Below are positions 36,044-46,093 of a DNA stretch of 64,000 nt, piece after piece. The DNA is taken from NCBI GenBank assembly GCA_002753105.1, contig PDZT01000002.1, positions 1,415-65,414 of the forward strand, in the 5' to 3' direction. The notes beneath the pieces were generated by a model. The model saw only the letters and a program-made list of their open reading frames with translations, did no database searches and had not been told where the DNA came from. Positions within the stretch are counted from its first letter, which is position 1; each line of letters begins with the position of its first letter. This DNA comes from Deltaproteobacteria bacterium YD0425bin50 (GTDB lineage Bacteria; Desulfobacterota; Desulfobacteria; Desulfobacterales; YD0425bin50). The translations under genes and the position numbers were made by a program.

Positions 36044-36193
36044 TTATATTATGGTTAGATTTTGGTTTTGTTTGAGTAACAACAATATGACCACCTCACG
36101 ATAATTTAAAAAAGCAACCACTTCTTTTTCTAAAGAATCTGATAATTCTCTTTTAAATTCAATTCGATTTGACTCATGTGTGGTCATATTCAT
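36044..36193 (-). pseudogene. frameshifted N-terminal remnant of an AlbA_2/Schlafen-type (divergent AAA, RecG-like) regulator gene
   Basis: Hand translation: MNMTTHESNRIEFKRELSDSLEKEVVAFLNYREVVILLLL... The ESxxIEFK....D.L.KEVVAFxN pattern is the usual start of this family. The expected (R)EGGHI would be restored by one extra G in GAGGTGGTCAT. Only ~50 codons remain, and the ATG directly abuts the megasynthase TGA. Confidence 0.4.
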
Positions 36194-39100
36194 TCATATA
36201 ATCCCATCTTCACGATCTTCTCCATCTCTTGCAGCTTGACCTTCCGAAATCTGAATGGCAATATCCGCAATTCTTGGCTTATCGAACAGCTCAGCTAATG
36301 CCAGCTCAAGTTTAAACGCTTTTCGGATCTGCATAACCAACTGAGTCAGCAGCAGCGAGTTGCCTCCAAGCTCAAAAAAGCTGTCATGTGCACCAATCCC
36401 GTTCATACCTAAAAGATTTTCCCATAACTGAGCAAGCTTGATCTGTATCTCACCGCTTGGAGCAACAAAATTGCCAAGCAACGCTGGGCGATTGTGTCTT
36501 TTTATCAGTACGGCGGGTTCATTTTTATCCATATTCACCCACTGCCGAATACGAAGATCAAGATGACCGCACGATATAACAATTCTAGGCAAAGTACCGC
36601 CATAAAAAGGCAGCATACGTTGGAAAGCCTCAACACCTTCATTTGCCGTAAGTCCAAGTTCGATTACAGAAGCTCCAAGCTGGGCAATTGGTGGTGTAGA
36701 TTCATCAAAACGCCAGCCTTCCCAGTTGACACTTAACCAGTGAGTTGGATGGCGCTGATTATGAGCATATACAAAAGCATCAAGGCATGTATTGGCTGCA
36801 GCATATGCTGTAAAACCAACGCCACCTAAAATTGATGAAAGTGAAGAACAGAGCATACAAAAATCAAGCGGACGATCTCCTAGTACCTTTTCCAGAACCG
36901 ATGCACCTATAAGTTTAGGTATGAATTGAGACATACAGAAGGCTTGAGTGGTTTCACTTACCGAGGAAAAAGACTGTTCCCCAACCAAGCCAGCAGCATG
37001 GATAACCCCTTTTAACAAGCCGGAAAATAAATCTATATCTTTTATCAACGCTGTCATCTGCTGAATATCCGCCACATCTGCACAGGCATATTTCAGATTT
37101 ACCCCTTTAGATTTAAGCTGATTGAACCGGTCAATCCGTTCCTGACCTGATTCTTCAAACGGACGGCGTCCAGTAAGAATAATAGTCGCATCTGGCGACA
37201 TCTCAGATAGTGTTTTGGCGAAAGTCATGCCAATATTTCCAAGACCTCCGGTAATCAGATAGGCTCCTGAGCGCGAAAACTTGACAGCGTTTTCCTTGGG
37301 TTTTTCTAAATTATACGGCTCAAAATGTTCGATTAATCGGCGTCTGCCACGCAAAGCAACAAGTTTTGAGGCGTCTTTAAAAAGAGCGAGTTCTTTGAGT
37401 ATGCTTTCAATCCATTGATGATATTTCCAGTGAACACTTTTTTCCTGCCAAGCTAATTCAGGCACATCAACATCTATAATCCGACAAGTTATATTAGAAT
37501 ATTCCTGAGGTATAACTTTCATCGCTCCAATGACTGCCGCCTTAGCTGGCTGCAATACCTCATTGCCAAGCACGCTCAATACTCCGCTGGCAACAACTGT
37601 TAATGTCAAGTTATCTGTGAATGCTCTTTTGCTCAAGGCTTGGGCCAGTTCTACTATTGAGAAAAATCCTGCGTTCAGCCAGTTTTCAATTTCATCATTT
37701 TCTATCGTTTTGTTACCTTGATTATTTCCGAGCAGTCCAAGATAGACGATGTGGTTCGGAAATGTGTTCTTTGAGGCAAGCTCATCAAACAGCTTAGGCC
37801 AGTCAGTATGAGTTGGGCTGACTATTTCAGCACCAGCTTTCACTAGGGCATCAGCAATTCCAACGTTATCACCAATCACAAGCCAGCGTCCTGTAACTTG
37901 CATTGATGTTCCAATTAAAGGCTGATCACGCCATACAGGCAGATAGAACCAGTCCGCTGGGTCGGAAAGTTTAGTTGCAGCCTGTAAATCGCTATCCTGC
38001 TTTTCATCCTTTTTTACATCCATAACAGCCTGATTTCCCACCGGATCAATCCAGTATCGCTGATGTTCAAAAGGATACGTTGGCAGAGGAATTCTTTGCC
38101 TTTTTGGAATTTGGACATCGTTAAGTGTTGAGTAACGCGCTGACCAATTAATATCAATTCCTGAAACCCACAAACGAGCAATCGCAGTTAGCATCGCTGC
38201 ACAATCTGATTTCGGAACATAACGAGGATCAGACAAAGTTGACAGAACCATGTGACCTGAAGGTCTGCCCGGTTGCTGCATCGCAAGACTGGTAAGCGTC
38301 TGGCCAGCTCCAGCCTCAAGCCAAATCGCCTGACTATGCGTTTTGAGCAGTTGACTAAATCCTTCTGCAAGTCGTACAGTTTGACGTGAGAGCTTGACAT
38401 AATGTTCCGGGTCCATTGCCTCTTCAGCCTGAATCCATTGACCTGTTACGCATGAAACATACGGAATTGTTGGCGGGTTAAACCTCACTTTTTTGAGTTC
38501 AGCTCGGAATGGTTCCAGAAAAGGTTCCATCAAGCGCGTATGAAACGCATAAGAAAGCGGCAAACGAGTATAACCAATTTCTTTTTGGCTAAGTAAACGC
38601 TCTAATTCAGTTACAGCCGCATCTGTACCGCCTACAACACATTGATTTGGCGTACTTGTCATGGCAATATCGAGCTGTGAAATTAAGGTTGATGTTAAGC
38701 CCAGCATTGAAAAAATATCATTTGAACTCATGGGCACAGCCAGCATCAGACCCGGTTTCAAAACAGGAAGCAGTTTAGCGCCTGATACGGCAACATGAAG
38801 GGCATCTTCTAAACTTAACACGCCTGAAATACACGCAGCCGTATATTCTCCCAAACTGTAACCCAGCATCGCCTGAGGTCGAACACCTAAACTTTGCCAC
38901 ATCCTCGCCAGTGCATATTCTACAATAAACAGAGGCACAGGATCAGCAGTTCTATCAGGAATTAGACTTTGTTTATCCAAAGCCGATGGATACCAGTCTG
39001 AAGGCAAATCAGGAAAATGATTACGCCTTAAAATGTCGATACAACGATCAACTTCGCTTCGAAATACAAGTTCAGTATCATACAGACTTCGAGCCATATC

Positions 39101-42100
39101 TGAATGGGCACTGTCTTGACCTGCAAACAGAAATATGACTTCTGGCGGACGTAATGGAACTGTACCTGTGATAATCTGTTTATGATATTTACCTGAAATC
39201 TGAGTAACATCTTTACTCAAAAAGCGAATGGCTTCTTCATTATTCTGGACAAGTACCGCACAGCGTTCATTAAATTGGCGGCGTCCTGTCTGGAGCGTAA
39301 AGGCAACATTAGCCAACTCGGGTAATTGGTTTTGCATAAATTCAGATAGACGTTGAGTCATACTGTTCAACGCTTTTCTGGTACGTGCTGAAACGGTTAG
39401 TAACTCGAATTGAGACGCTTTTAATGTGTTATTACGCTCCCGGTGATCGTTATACTGGCGAAAACCGGTATCCAGAAAATCGGATGGGGCTTGTGTACTC
39501 TGAATATCTGGTGTTTTAAATTCTTCTACAATAACATGCACATTCGTGCCGCCCTGACCAAATGAACTAATACCAGCCCTGCGTGTTTTGTCGTTCAGTT
39601 TAGGCCATGGCTGTAAACAAGTATTAATCGAGAATGGGCTTTTTTCTAATTCTAATTTGGGGTTAGGTTGACTAAATGTCGGCATCATGGGAATCATTTC
39701 ATGATTAAGACTTAACACCGTTTTAATCAAACTCGCAACACCAGCAGCAGTATCCAGATGACCAACGTTCGCTTTAACCGATCCAATAGTACAATAGCCA
39801 TGTTTTTCTGCTTTACTGTTTTGCTTAAAGGCTTGGGTAAGCGCAGCAACTTCTACAGCATCCCCCAAATCTGTACCTGTGCCGTGCGTTTCAATAAAAC
39901 TGATATCGTCTGCTGAAATTTTTGCCATAGTTTGTGCGTCTAAAATGACATTCGCCTGACCCTCAATACTTGGAGCCGTAAACCCAACCTTTAACGATCC
40001 ATCATTATTTACAGCATAACCGCTAATAACTGCATGAACCGTATCACCATCCTGAATTGCATCGCTCAGACGTTTTAATACCACAACAGCCACACCGCTG
40101 CCATCAACTGTGCCATTTGCTTTGATATCAAATGGCCGGCAGCGTCCATCTTTGGAAAGTATTCCCCCTTTATGATACAAATAACCTGTATCTTGCGGCA
40201 AATTAATCGTACAGCCACCTGCTAGAATTATATCCGTCTGACGGTTAAGCAAACTTTGACATCCCAACGCCACTGCTACAAGCGATGATGAACACGCTGT
40301 ATTGATACTAATGGCAGGGCCGCGCAAGTCAAGTTTATAGGCAACTCGGGTTGGGGCAAAATCTTTATCATTATGAAGCGTTACATAAAAACCACCCATC
40401 GTTTCAATCAGTTCAGGATGCCCAAGAATATTATGAATCAGGTAAGTATTCAATCCTACCCCTCCGAACATTCCAATCCGGCCATGATATCGTTTGGGAT
40501 CGTAACCAGCATGTTCTAACGCTTCAACACTGCATTCCATAAGCATTCGATGTTGCGGGTCAAGAATCTGGGCTTCACGCGGCGTCATTTCAAAGAAATC
40601 AGCATCAAATTGGTCAGCATCTGCTAGGATAAAACCCGATTTAATATACTCAGGATTATCAATCAGTTCCTGAGATACACCAACCGACCGTAACTGTTCC
40701 GTGCTCCAAAATGTGATGGATTCAACACCATTACGCAAATTTTGCCAGAATTGATCTAAGTTCGCAGCATTTGGAACCCGTAAAGCCATCCCAACAATAG
40801 CGATGGGTTCATGATTTAGGCTATCCTGAGTTGTTCTAAGTTTTTGTAAAGGAGTTTTAGAAAGCGTATCTTGAGAGTCAGATAATTGTGCGGCCTGAGT
40901 TGCAACGGTATGATAACGGAAAATATCAACCGGAGAAAGTGAACGGCCAAAAGCGGATTTAAGACGCTCAATCAAAGGCAAAATCAACAGCGAATGTCCG
41001 CCAATTTCGAAAAAATTGTCATTCATGCCAACCTGTTTAATTCCAAGCAGATCACGCCATATAGCTGCGATACGCTCTTCTGCTTCTGTACGGGGATTTA
41101 CAATCGCTGTTCGGCTAATTTCAGAACGTAAATACTCAGGCATTGGCAGTGCAGCGCGATCCACTTTACCATTTACGGTAAGCGGCAGAGAATCTACAAT
41201 GATGATGTTACTTGGCACCATGTGGGCTGGAAGCTGTAAACTCAACGCCTGTCTTAACTTCAATTCTTCCAGCTTTTCCAGCTTATCACTCACAACCCAT
41301 GCGATTAAACGAATATCCTGATCGGAACGGCGGTGAGCAATAACCACAGCCTCACGTACACCCGATTGACGAATCAGCGCATTTTCAACTTCACCAAGTT
41401 CAACCCGATAACCCCGTATTTTTACTTGATTATCAATTCGGCCAAGATAAAGAATAATACCATCAGGTCGATACTTGACTACATCGCCAGTACGATATAG
41501 CCGTTCACCGGGTAATGCGTTGACTGAAATAAACCGCTCGGCTGTCAACTGTTCCCGTCCAAGATAACCACGAGCTACACCATCACCGCCAATATACAGT
41601 TCGCCTGTAACGCCTACTGGAACAGGTTCATAATTAGTGTCCAAAATATAAAGACGTGTATTATCAATAGGTTTTCCTATGGGCAGCGAACCCGGATTGG
41701 GATCACGTTCTTCAACCTCGTAAATACAACAGCCAACCACAGTTTCAGTTGGGCCGTATTCATTTATTAATCGCGTTTCTGGAGCATGTTTACGCCACGG
41801 CGCAACCTGACGGCCTAAAAGCGCTTCACCGCCAAACACCAAGCAGCGCGTTGATCCAGCGAGTTTTTGCTCTGGGATCATGGCGTTGATCAATTCAAGA
41901 TGCGCTGGCGTGAATTTCAGTAAGCTCCAGTTTTGTCCTGACATTAGGGCAGCATGAATATTTTCAAGTTCCTGTCCATGTCCTAAATTCTGATTATCAG
42001 ATGCAAACAACCAAAGACAACGACCTGCTATTAAAGGTGTAAAAAGGCTTGTAATTGTGGCATCAAAACCAATGGATGAGTGCAGTACTGACCCATCACC

Positions 42101-45100
42101 TTCAGCAACCCGATAATATTTCACAGCCCATACTAAATAGTTTACCAGACCTTGATGAACAATCATTGTGCCTTTTGGCAGACCAGTTGAACCCGATGTA
42201 TATATGACATACGCTAAATGTTGAGGAGTTACAGGTACAACAGGATTATCTTCAGGGTGTTCGGCAAAAATGTGTTGAACATAATTATCACTGCTGCAAT
42301 CTATACTGATCACTTTTATTCCGTCTATTTCAGGGAGAGATGTTTGCAGTGGCGTATGCGTCAACAGAATTTTTACATGAGCATCTGATAGCATAAACGC
42401 TAAACGTTTAGGGGGATACGTAGGATCGAGCGGAAGATAAGCGGCACCGGCTTTAAGTATTCCTAAAAGGCTGGCTACAAGTTCGATAGAATGGTGCATA
42501 TATATGCCAATAACATCTTCTGGACGCGTACCATGTGCAAGCAGTCCATGAGCAATACGATTGGCAATATGATTTAATTCTCGATAGCTAATCTGTCTTG
42601 AACCTGAACGCAGGGCTATGGCTTCGGGATACTTCGCAGCCTGCTCTTCAAACAAATGGTGCATACATTTATCTTTGGGATAGTCAACTGTCGTGGCATT
42701 CCAGTCAAACAGTATCTGCTGTTTTTCTTTTTCTGTGAGCAGCGGCAACCTCGCTACTGTTGATTTTGGATCTTTTACGATTCCTTGCAATAAGGTTATG
42801 TAATTGTTCACATAACGCTCAATTGTGCTTGCTTCAAACAAATCAAGATTAAAATCACATTCTAAAATCAGTTTTGTTTCAACTTGTGTTAAGTTCACGG
42901 TCAGATCAAATGCAGTGAAATATATGGGCTGTGAAAGCCAGTCAATTGTCAGGTTATTCATCGCTGGCGCCGAACCCGGCCGATCAAGATTAAACAAAAC
43001 AGATACGATTGGTGAACGCTGGCCATCTCGGCGAAGATTGAGTTTTTCAATTAATTCAGCAAATGGATAATCCTGATGTTGATAGCCATAAAGTAAAACG
43101 CTGCGCATGGATTTGATATATTCAGTAAATGGCTGGTCCCAGTTTATTTTACTTCGGATAGGAATCAGATGCGTGCAATAGCCCACAAGACTATCATTGT
43201 TAGCACTAGAAGCAGCCGTGCTACGACCAGCGACAGGCATTCCAATAATAAGGTCTGTCTGACCTGTAAGTCGATGCAGCCATAGGGCATATGATGCAAA
43301 AAGAACCATGAAATCAGTACATCCCTGTGTACGACCTATAGCCGCTAGCGCATCAGAAATCTGAGAATCAATTTTAATAGCGTAACGTCCGCCCCGATAA
43401 GTTTTAATTGCAGGTTCAATATAGTCTGTTGGCAGCATCGTAACAGGTAATTCACCTTGTAATTGATTCAGCCAATACTCTTCTTGTTTTGGAAAAGTAG
43501 TGTGATTGCGCCATTCCACATATTCTTGCCATGACTGGGGAGTATTTACATTTTGGCCATTATAAAAAGCTGCCAGTTCACGCATAATAATATTCATGGA
43601 AAGTCCATCGATTACAATATGGTGCCCTTTAAAGACTAAGCACCAGTCCTCCTCTGCTATTTTTAACAGATTGACTTCAAATAATGGGCCGCGTTTCAGA
43701 TCAAATCGCTGACGTGCATAGTCTGCAAGCCATTCACTTATGTTCGACTTGCTGTCTGCTTGTAATTGGGTCAAATCAACACTATTCAGTTTCCCGTTAC
43801 CGGGCAGGTCATTAAGGGAGAGCACCTTTTGATAATCGCCATCAATCACTGAACGCAAAGACGCATGGCGTTCGATTACTTTTAGCAGGGCTGCTTCAAG
43901 CGCGGATATGTCAACCTTTCCTTTAAGTGAGAGCAAAGGGCTTACATGATAGGCTTTTGAGCCTTCAGGTGCGATCTGATCCAGAACCGCAAGTTGACGT
44001 TGAGCTTTAGTTAATGGAATGAAGTGTGTGAAAGATGAACAAGAACTCGCTGAAGCCGCTGAAACGGATTTGGTTTTGCTTGATTCAGGTAAAAAACCGC
44101 CTTGACGCATCTCAATGACACTTTCTTTGACGGCTTTAATTATATGAGCAATATCTGCGTCTGTATGCGCTGAGCAGAGAAAATAATTGCGCCATTCCCA
44201 TATAAATACGCCCTTTTCCATCATATGATAGAAAAGCAGTTCAAAGTTTGCAGAAAAGGCGAATCGGAAGAGCGAACCGAAATAGACAACTTTGATGGGT
44301 ATTTCTTCAGCTTCAAAAAATCGGTTGAGATTTTCTGCCATCTCCTTGGTTTTACGGTTCAATTCCAGTTGCAACGCTGGCCCTTGTGCTTTTAAGTAAC
44401 GTAAACTGGCTAAGGTGGCAACCATAGCCGTTGGATGCTGACAGAAAGTTCCGCCAAATATGGTTCGGTTGACTTTCGGATAGGAAGCATCATTGTATTG
44501 CCATGCGCCGCCATCAATGGCATCCATATATTTGGCCATGCCTGCAACAACGCCTATTGGCATACCTCCGCCGAGAACTTTTCCATACGTGGCAATATCG
44601 GCTTTAATTCCAAATATGGCTTGAGCACCGCCCGGATGCACTCTAAATCCAGTGATCATTTCATCAACAATAAAGACGATGCCGTTATCACTAGTAATTT
44701 TTCGTAATTCATGTAAAAATTCACGGGGCTGCAAATCAGGACGACGGCTTTGAACCGATTCGACAATAACCGCGGCAATTTCTTTAGCATGGTTGCGGAT
44801 ATAGTCCAAAGCTGAGGGAGTATCATATTCGAGTATCCATAGGTCATCAACTGCATGTTGATTGATTCCGGGTGCAACAGGAACTGTATTAAGGATATTG
44901 TCCTGCCATACGGCACGTCCCATCACATTATCCGCATGTCCGTGATAGGCATTTTCAAACATAACGATTTTATTACGCAGTGTTACCGCCCGAGCTATAC
45001 GCAACGCAGCCATTACGGCTTCAGTACCACTATTGGTATATGTAACCCGCTCCATGCCAGTAAATTCGCATATCAACTCAGAGGCTTCTAAAACTTCAAA

Positions 45101-46093
45101 CGGTCTAGGCCCAAGTATTCGACAGGCTTTAGAATTGTTTAGGGCTTCAAGGATAAAATCTGGTTCATGACCAAATAGAATAACGCCCTGACCCATGGTA
45201 ATATCAACATACTCATTATCGTCGATATCCCAGACTCTAGCCCCTTTTCCATATTTTCCAACAATGGGGTACAACATTTCTTTGGTTGTAAATCTAAATC
45301 CTACGGCGGCTCGACTGTCAGCAAGTACACCGCGATATTTTGCTGTAAGCTCTTTTGATTTACGGGTTCGTTTTGTGTAGCGGCTTATCAGTGCCTCAAG
45401 ATGCGCTCGCTGTCGTTCAGTTAAACCTCGTGCTCTAATTTCAAGCGGAGATAACAGCTTGTGCATCACAGCAGAAGACGTCGCTTTTTCTGGTGGCTTT
45501 TCTATTGGTTTTTGCGGAGATTTTTCTGCACTTTTTTCTATAATTTTTTCTGGAACTTTTGCTGATACTTTCTCCAAGTCCGTAGATTTAAGATCAGAAA
45601 GATTTAACTCACCTAAAAATTGGAGCTGCCGTGCAACTAAATTAGAAATGGTCTGAGAAGCTGCCTGCATCTGCTGATTAAAAATGACATTGAGCATACT
45701 GGAATCAAACGTGCCAGTAGGTATAGAGACAGGTGCGGTTATAGGTGTAGATGCAGATATAGGCGCAGGTGTAACTGTAGGTATAGGTGTAGATATTGGC
45801 ATTGAAGGTTTGGCTGCAACATTATCAGGTAGTGCAGGCGATGCAGAATCTGCACTGTTATCTGCAATATAATCCACCAATGCTCGCATATTCGTAAGCT
45901 GCTCAAAAAACATGGGAATTTCTATCTTTAGTTTATATTTGTTTTCAATGGCCTGCTGTACTTGCATTAACACCAATGAATTTGCGCCCATTTCTAAAAA
46001 TGGTATTTCAAGATAGTCGTCCCCCGGCAATTCGGGTAATGCTTTTTCCAAAAAAACTTTAAGAAACTTGATAATCTCTTGCTTTTTTCCCAT
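36194..46093 (-). CDS. hybrid NRPS-PKS megasynthase: ACP - class III aminotransferase - C - A - PCP - KS - AT - KR - ACP
   Basis: 3299 aa with these motifs. Carrier Ser39 (EMGANSL). PLP Lys in ATYGKVLGGGMPIG (GSA-aminomutase-like). HHIVIDG (C domain). YTSGSTGLPKG, GELYIGGDGVARGY, YRTGD, GRIDNQVKIRGYRVELGEVE and NGKVDR (A domain). FFEIGGHSL (PCP). NTACSSS / ETHGTGT / ANVGHL (KS). GYSLGEY / YAFH (AT). TGGLGNIG / YAAAN (KR). FFELGGNSL (ACP). No TE or R domain. Confidence 0.9.
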   Translation of the reverse strand: MGKKQEIIKFLKVFLEKALPELPGDDYLEIPFLEMGANSLVLMQVQQAIENKYKLKIEIPMFFEQLTNMRALVDYIADNSADSASPALPDNVAAKPSMPISTPIPTVTPAPISASTPITAPVSIPTGTFDSSMLNVIFNQQMQAASQTISNLVARQLQFLGELNLSDLKSTDLEKVSAKVPEKIIEKSAEKSPQKPIEKPPEKATSSAVMHKLLSPLEIRARGLTERQRAHLEALISRYTKRTRKSKELTAKYRGVLADSRAAVGFRFTTKEMLYPIVGKYGKGARVWDIDDNEYVDITMGQGVILFGHEPDFILEALNNSKACRILGPRPFEVLEASELICEFTGMERVTYTNSGTEAVMAALRIARAVTLRNKIVMFENAYHGHADNVMGRAVWQDNILNTVPVAPGINQHAVDDLWILEYDTPSALDYIRNHAKEIAAVIVESVQSRRPDLQPREFLHELRKITSDNGIVFIVDEMITGFRVHPGGAQAIFGIKADIATYGKVLGGGMPIGVVAGMAKYMDAIDGGAWQYNDASYPKVNRTIFGGTFCQHPTAMVATLASLRYLKAQGPALQLELNRKTKEMAENLNRFFEAEEIPIKVVYFGSLFRFAFSANFELLFYHMMEKGVFIWEWRNYFLCSAHTDADIAHIIKAVKESVIEMRQGGFLPESSKTKSVSAASASSCSSFTHFIPLTKAQRQLAVLDQIAPEGSKAYHVSPLLSLKGKVDISALEAALLKVIERHASLRSVIDGDYQKVLSLNDLPGNGKLNSVDLTQLQADSKSNISEWLADYARQRFDLKRGPLFEVNLLKIAEEDWCLVFKGHHIVIDGLSMNIIMRELAAFYNGQNVNTPQSWQEYVEWRNHTTFPKQEEYWLNQLQGELPVTMLPTDYIEPAIKTYRGGRYAIKIDSQISDALAAIGRTQGCTDFMVLFASYALWLHRLTGQTDLIIGMPVAGRSTAASSANNDSLVGYCTHLIPIRSKINWDQPFTEYIKSMRSVLLYGYQHQDYPFAELIEKLNLRRDGQRSPIVSVLFNLDRPGSAPAMNNLTIDWLSQPIYFTAFDLTVNLTQVETKLILECDFNLDLFEASTIERYVNNYITLLQGIVKDPKSTVARLPLLTEKEKQQILFDWNATTVDYPKDKCMHHLFEEQAAKYPEAIALRSGSRQISYRELNHIANRIAHGLLAHGTRPEDVIGIYMHHSIELVASLLGILKAGAAYLPLDPTYPPKRLAFMLSDAHVKILLTHTPLQTSLPEIDGIKVISIDCSSDNYVQHIFAEHPEDNPVVPVTPQHLAYVIYTSGSTGLPKGTMIVHQGLVNYLVWAVKYYRVAEGDGSVLHSSIGFDATITSLFTPLIAGRCLWLFASDNQNLGHGQELENIHAALMSGQNWSLLKFTPAHLELINAMIPEQKLAGSTRCLVFGGEALLGRQVAPWRKHAPETRLINEYGPTETVVGCCIYEVEERDPNPGSLPIGKPIDNTRLYILDTNYEPVPVGVTGELYIGGDGVARGYLGREQLTAERFISVNALPGERLYRTGDVVKYRPDGIILYLGRIDNQVKIRGYRVELGEVENALIRQSGVREAVVIAHRRSDQDIRLIAWVVSDKLEKLEELKLRQALSLQLPAHMVPSNIIIVDSLPLTVNGKVDRAALPMPEYLRSEISRTAIVNPRTEAEERIAAIWRDLLGIKQVGMNDNFFEIGGHSLLILPLIERLKSAFGRSLSPVDIFRYHTVATQAAQLSDSQDTLSKTPLQKLRTTQDSLNHEPIAIVGMALRVPNAANLDQFWQNLRNGVESITFWSTEQLRSVGVSQELIDNPEYIKSGFILADADQFDADFFEMTPREAQILDPQHRMLMECSVEALEHAGYDPKRYHGRIGMFGGVGLNTYLIHNILGHPELIETMGGFYVTLHNDKDFAPTRVAYKLDLRGPAISINTACSSSLVAVALGCQSLLNRQTDIILAGGCTINLPQDTGYLYHKGGILSKDGRCRPFDIKANGTVDGSGVAVVVLKRLSDAIQDGDTVHAVISGYAVNNDGSLKVGFTAPSIEGQANVILDAQTMAKISADDISFIETHGTGTDLGDAVEVAALTQAFKQNSKAEKHGYCTIGSVKANVGHLDTAAGVASLIKTVLSLNHEMIPMMPTFSQPNPKLELEKSPFSINTCLQPWPKLNDKTRRAGISSFGQGGTNVHVIVEEFKTPDIQSTQAPSDFLDTGFRQYNDHRERNNTLKASQFELLTVSARTRKALNSMTQRLSEFMQNQLPELANVAFTLQTGRRQFNERCAVLVQNNEEAIRFLSKDVTQISGKYHKQIITGTVPLRPPEVIFLFAGQDSAHSDMARSLYDTELVFRSEVDRCIDILRRNHFPDLPSDWYPSALDKQSLIPDRTADPVPLFIVEYALARMWQSLGVRPQAMLGYSLGEYTAACISGVLSLEDALHVAVSGAKLLPVLKPGLMLAVPMSSNDIFSMLGLTSTLISQLDIAMTSTPNQCVVGGTDAAVTELERLLSQKEIGYTRLPLSYAFHTRLMEPFLEPFRAELKKVRFNPPTIPYVSCVTGQWIQAEEAMDPEHYVKLSRQTVRLAEGFSQLLKTHSQAIWLEAGAGQTLTSLAMQQPGRPSGHMVLSTLSDPRYVPKSDCAAMLTAIARLWVSGIDINWSARYSTLNDVQIPKRQRIPLPTYPFEHQRYWIDPVGNQAVMDVKKDEKQDSDLQAATKLSDPADWFYLPVWRDQPLIGTSMQVTGRWLVIGDNVGIADALVKAGAEIVSPTHTDWPKLFDELASKNTFPNHIVYLGLLGNNQGNKTIENDEIENWLNAGFFSIVELAQALSKRAFTDNLTLTVVASGVLSVLGNEVLQPAKAAVIGAMKVIPQEYSNITCRIIDVDVPELAWQEKSVHWKYHQWIESILKELALFKDASKLVALRGRRRLIEHFEPYNLEKPKENAVKFSRSGAYLITGGLGNIGMTFAKTLSEMSPDATIILTGRRPFEESGQERIDRFNQLKSKGVNLKYACADVADIQQMTALIKDIDLFSGLLKGVIHAAGLVGEQSFSSVSETTQAFCMSQFIPKLIGASVLEKVLGDRPLDFCMLCSSLSSILGGVGFTAYAAANTCLDAFVYAHNQRHPTHWLSVNWEGWRFDESTPPIAQLGASVIELGLTANEGVEAFQRMLPFYGGTLPRIVISCGHLDLRIRQWVNMDKNEPAVLIKRHNRPALLGNFVAPSGEIQIKLAQLWENLLGMNGIGAHDSFFELGGNSLLLTQLVMQIRKAFKLELALAELFDKPRIADIAIQISEGQAARDGEDREDGII

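Noticed and set aside
41016-41321. Antisense ORFs within PKS/NRPS genes (for example 41016-41321, 60870-61178, 44435-44707)
   Set aside because: They are nested opposite ORFs with dense, ordered catalytic motifs. These are typical shadow ORFs in the more GC-rich stretches.
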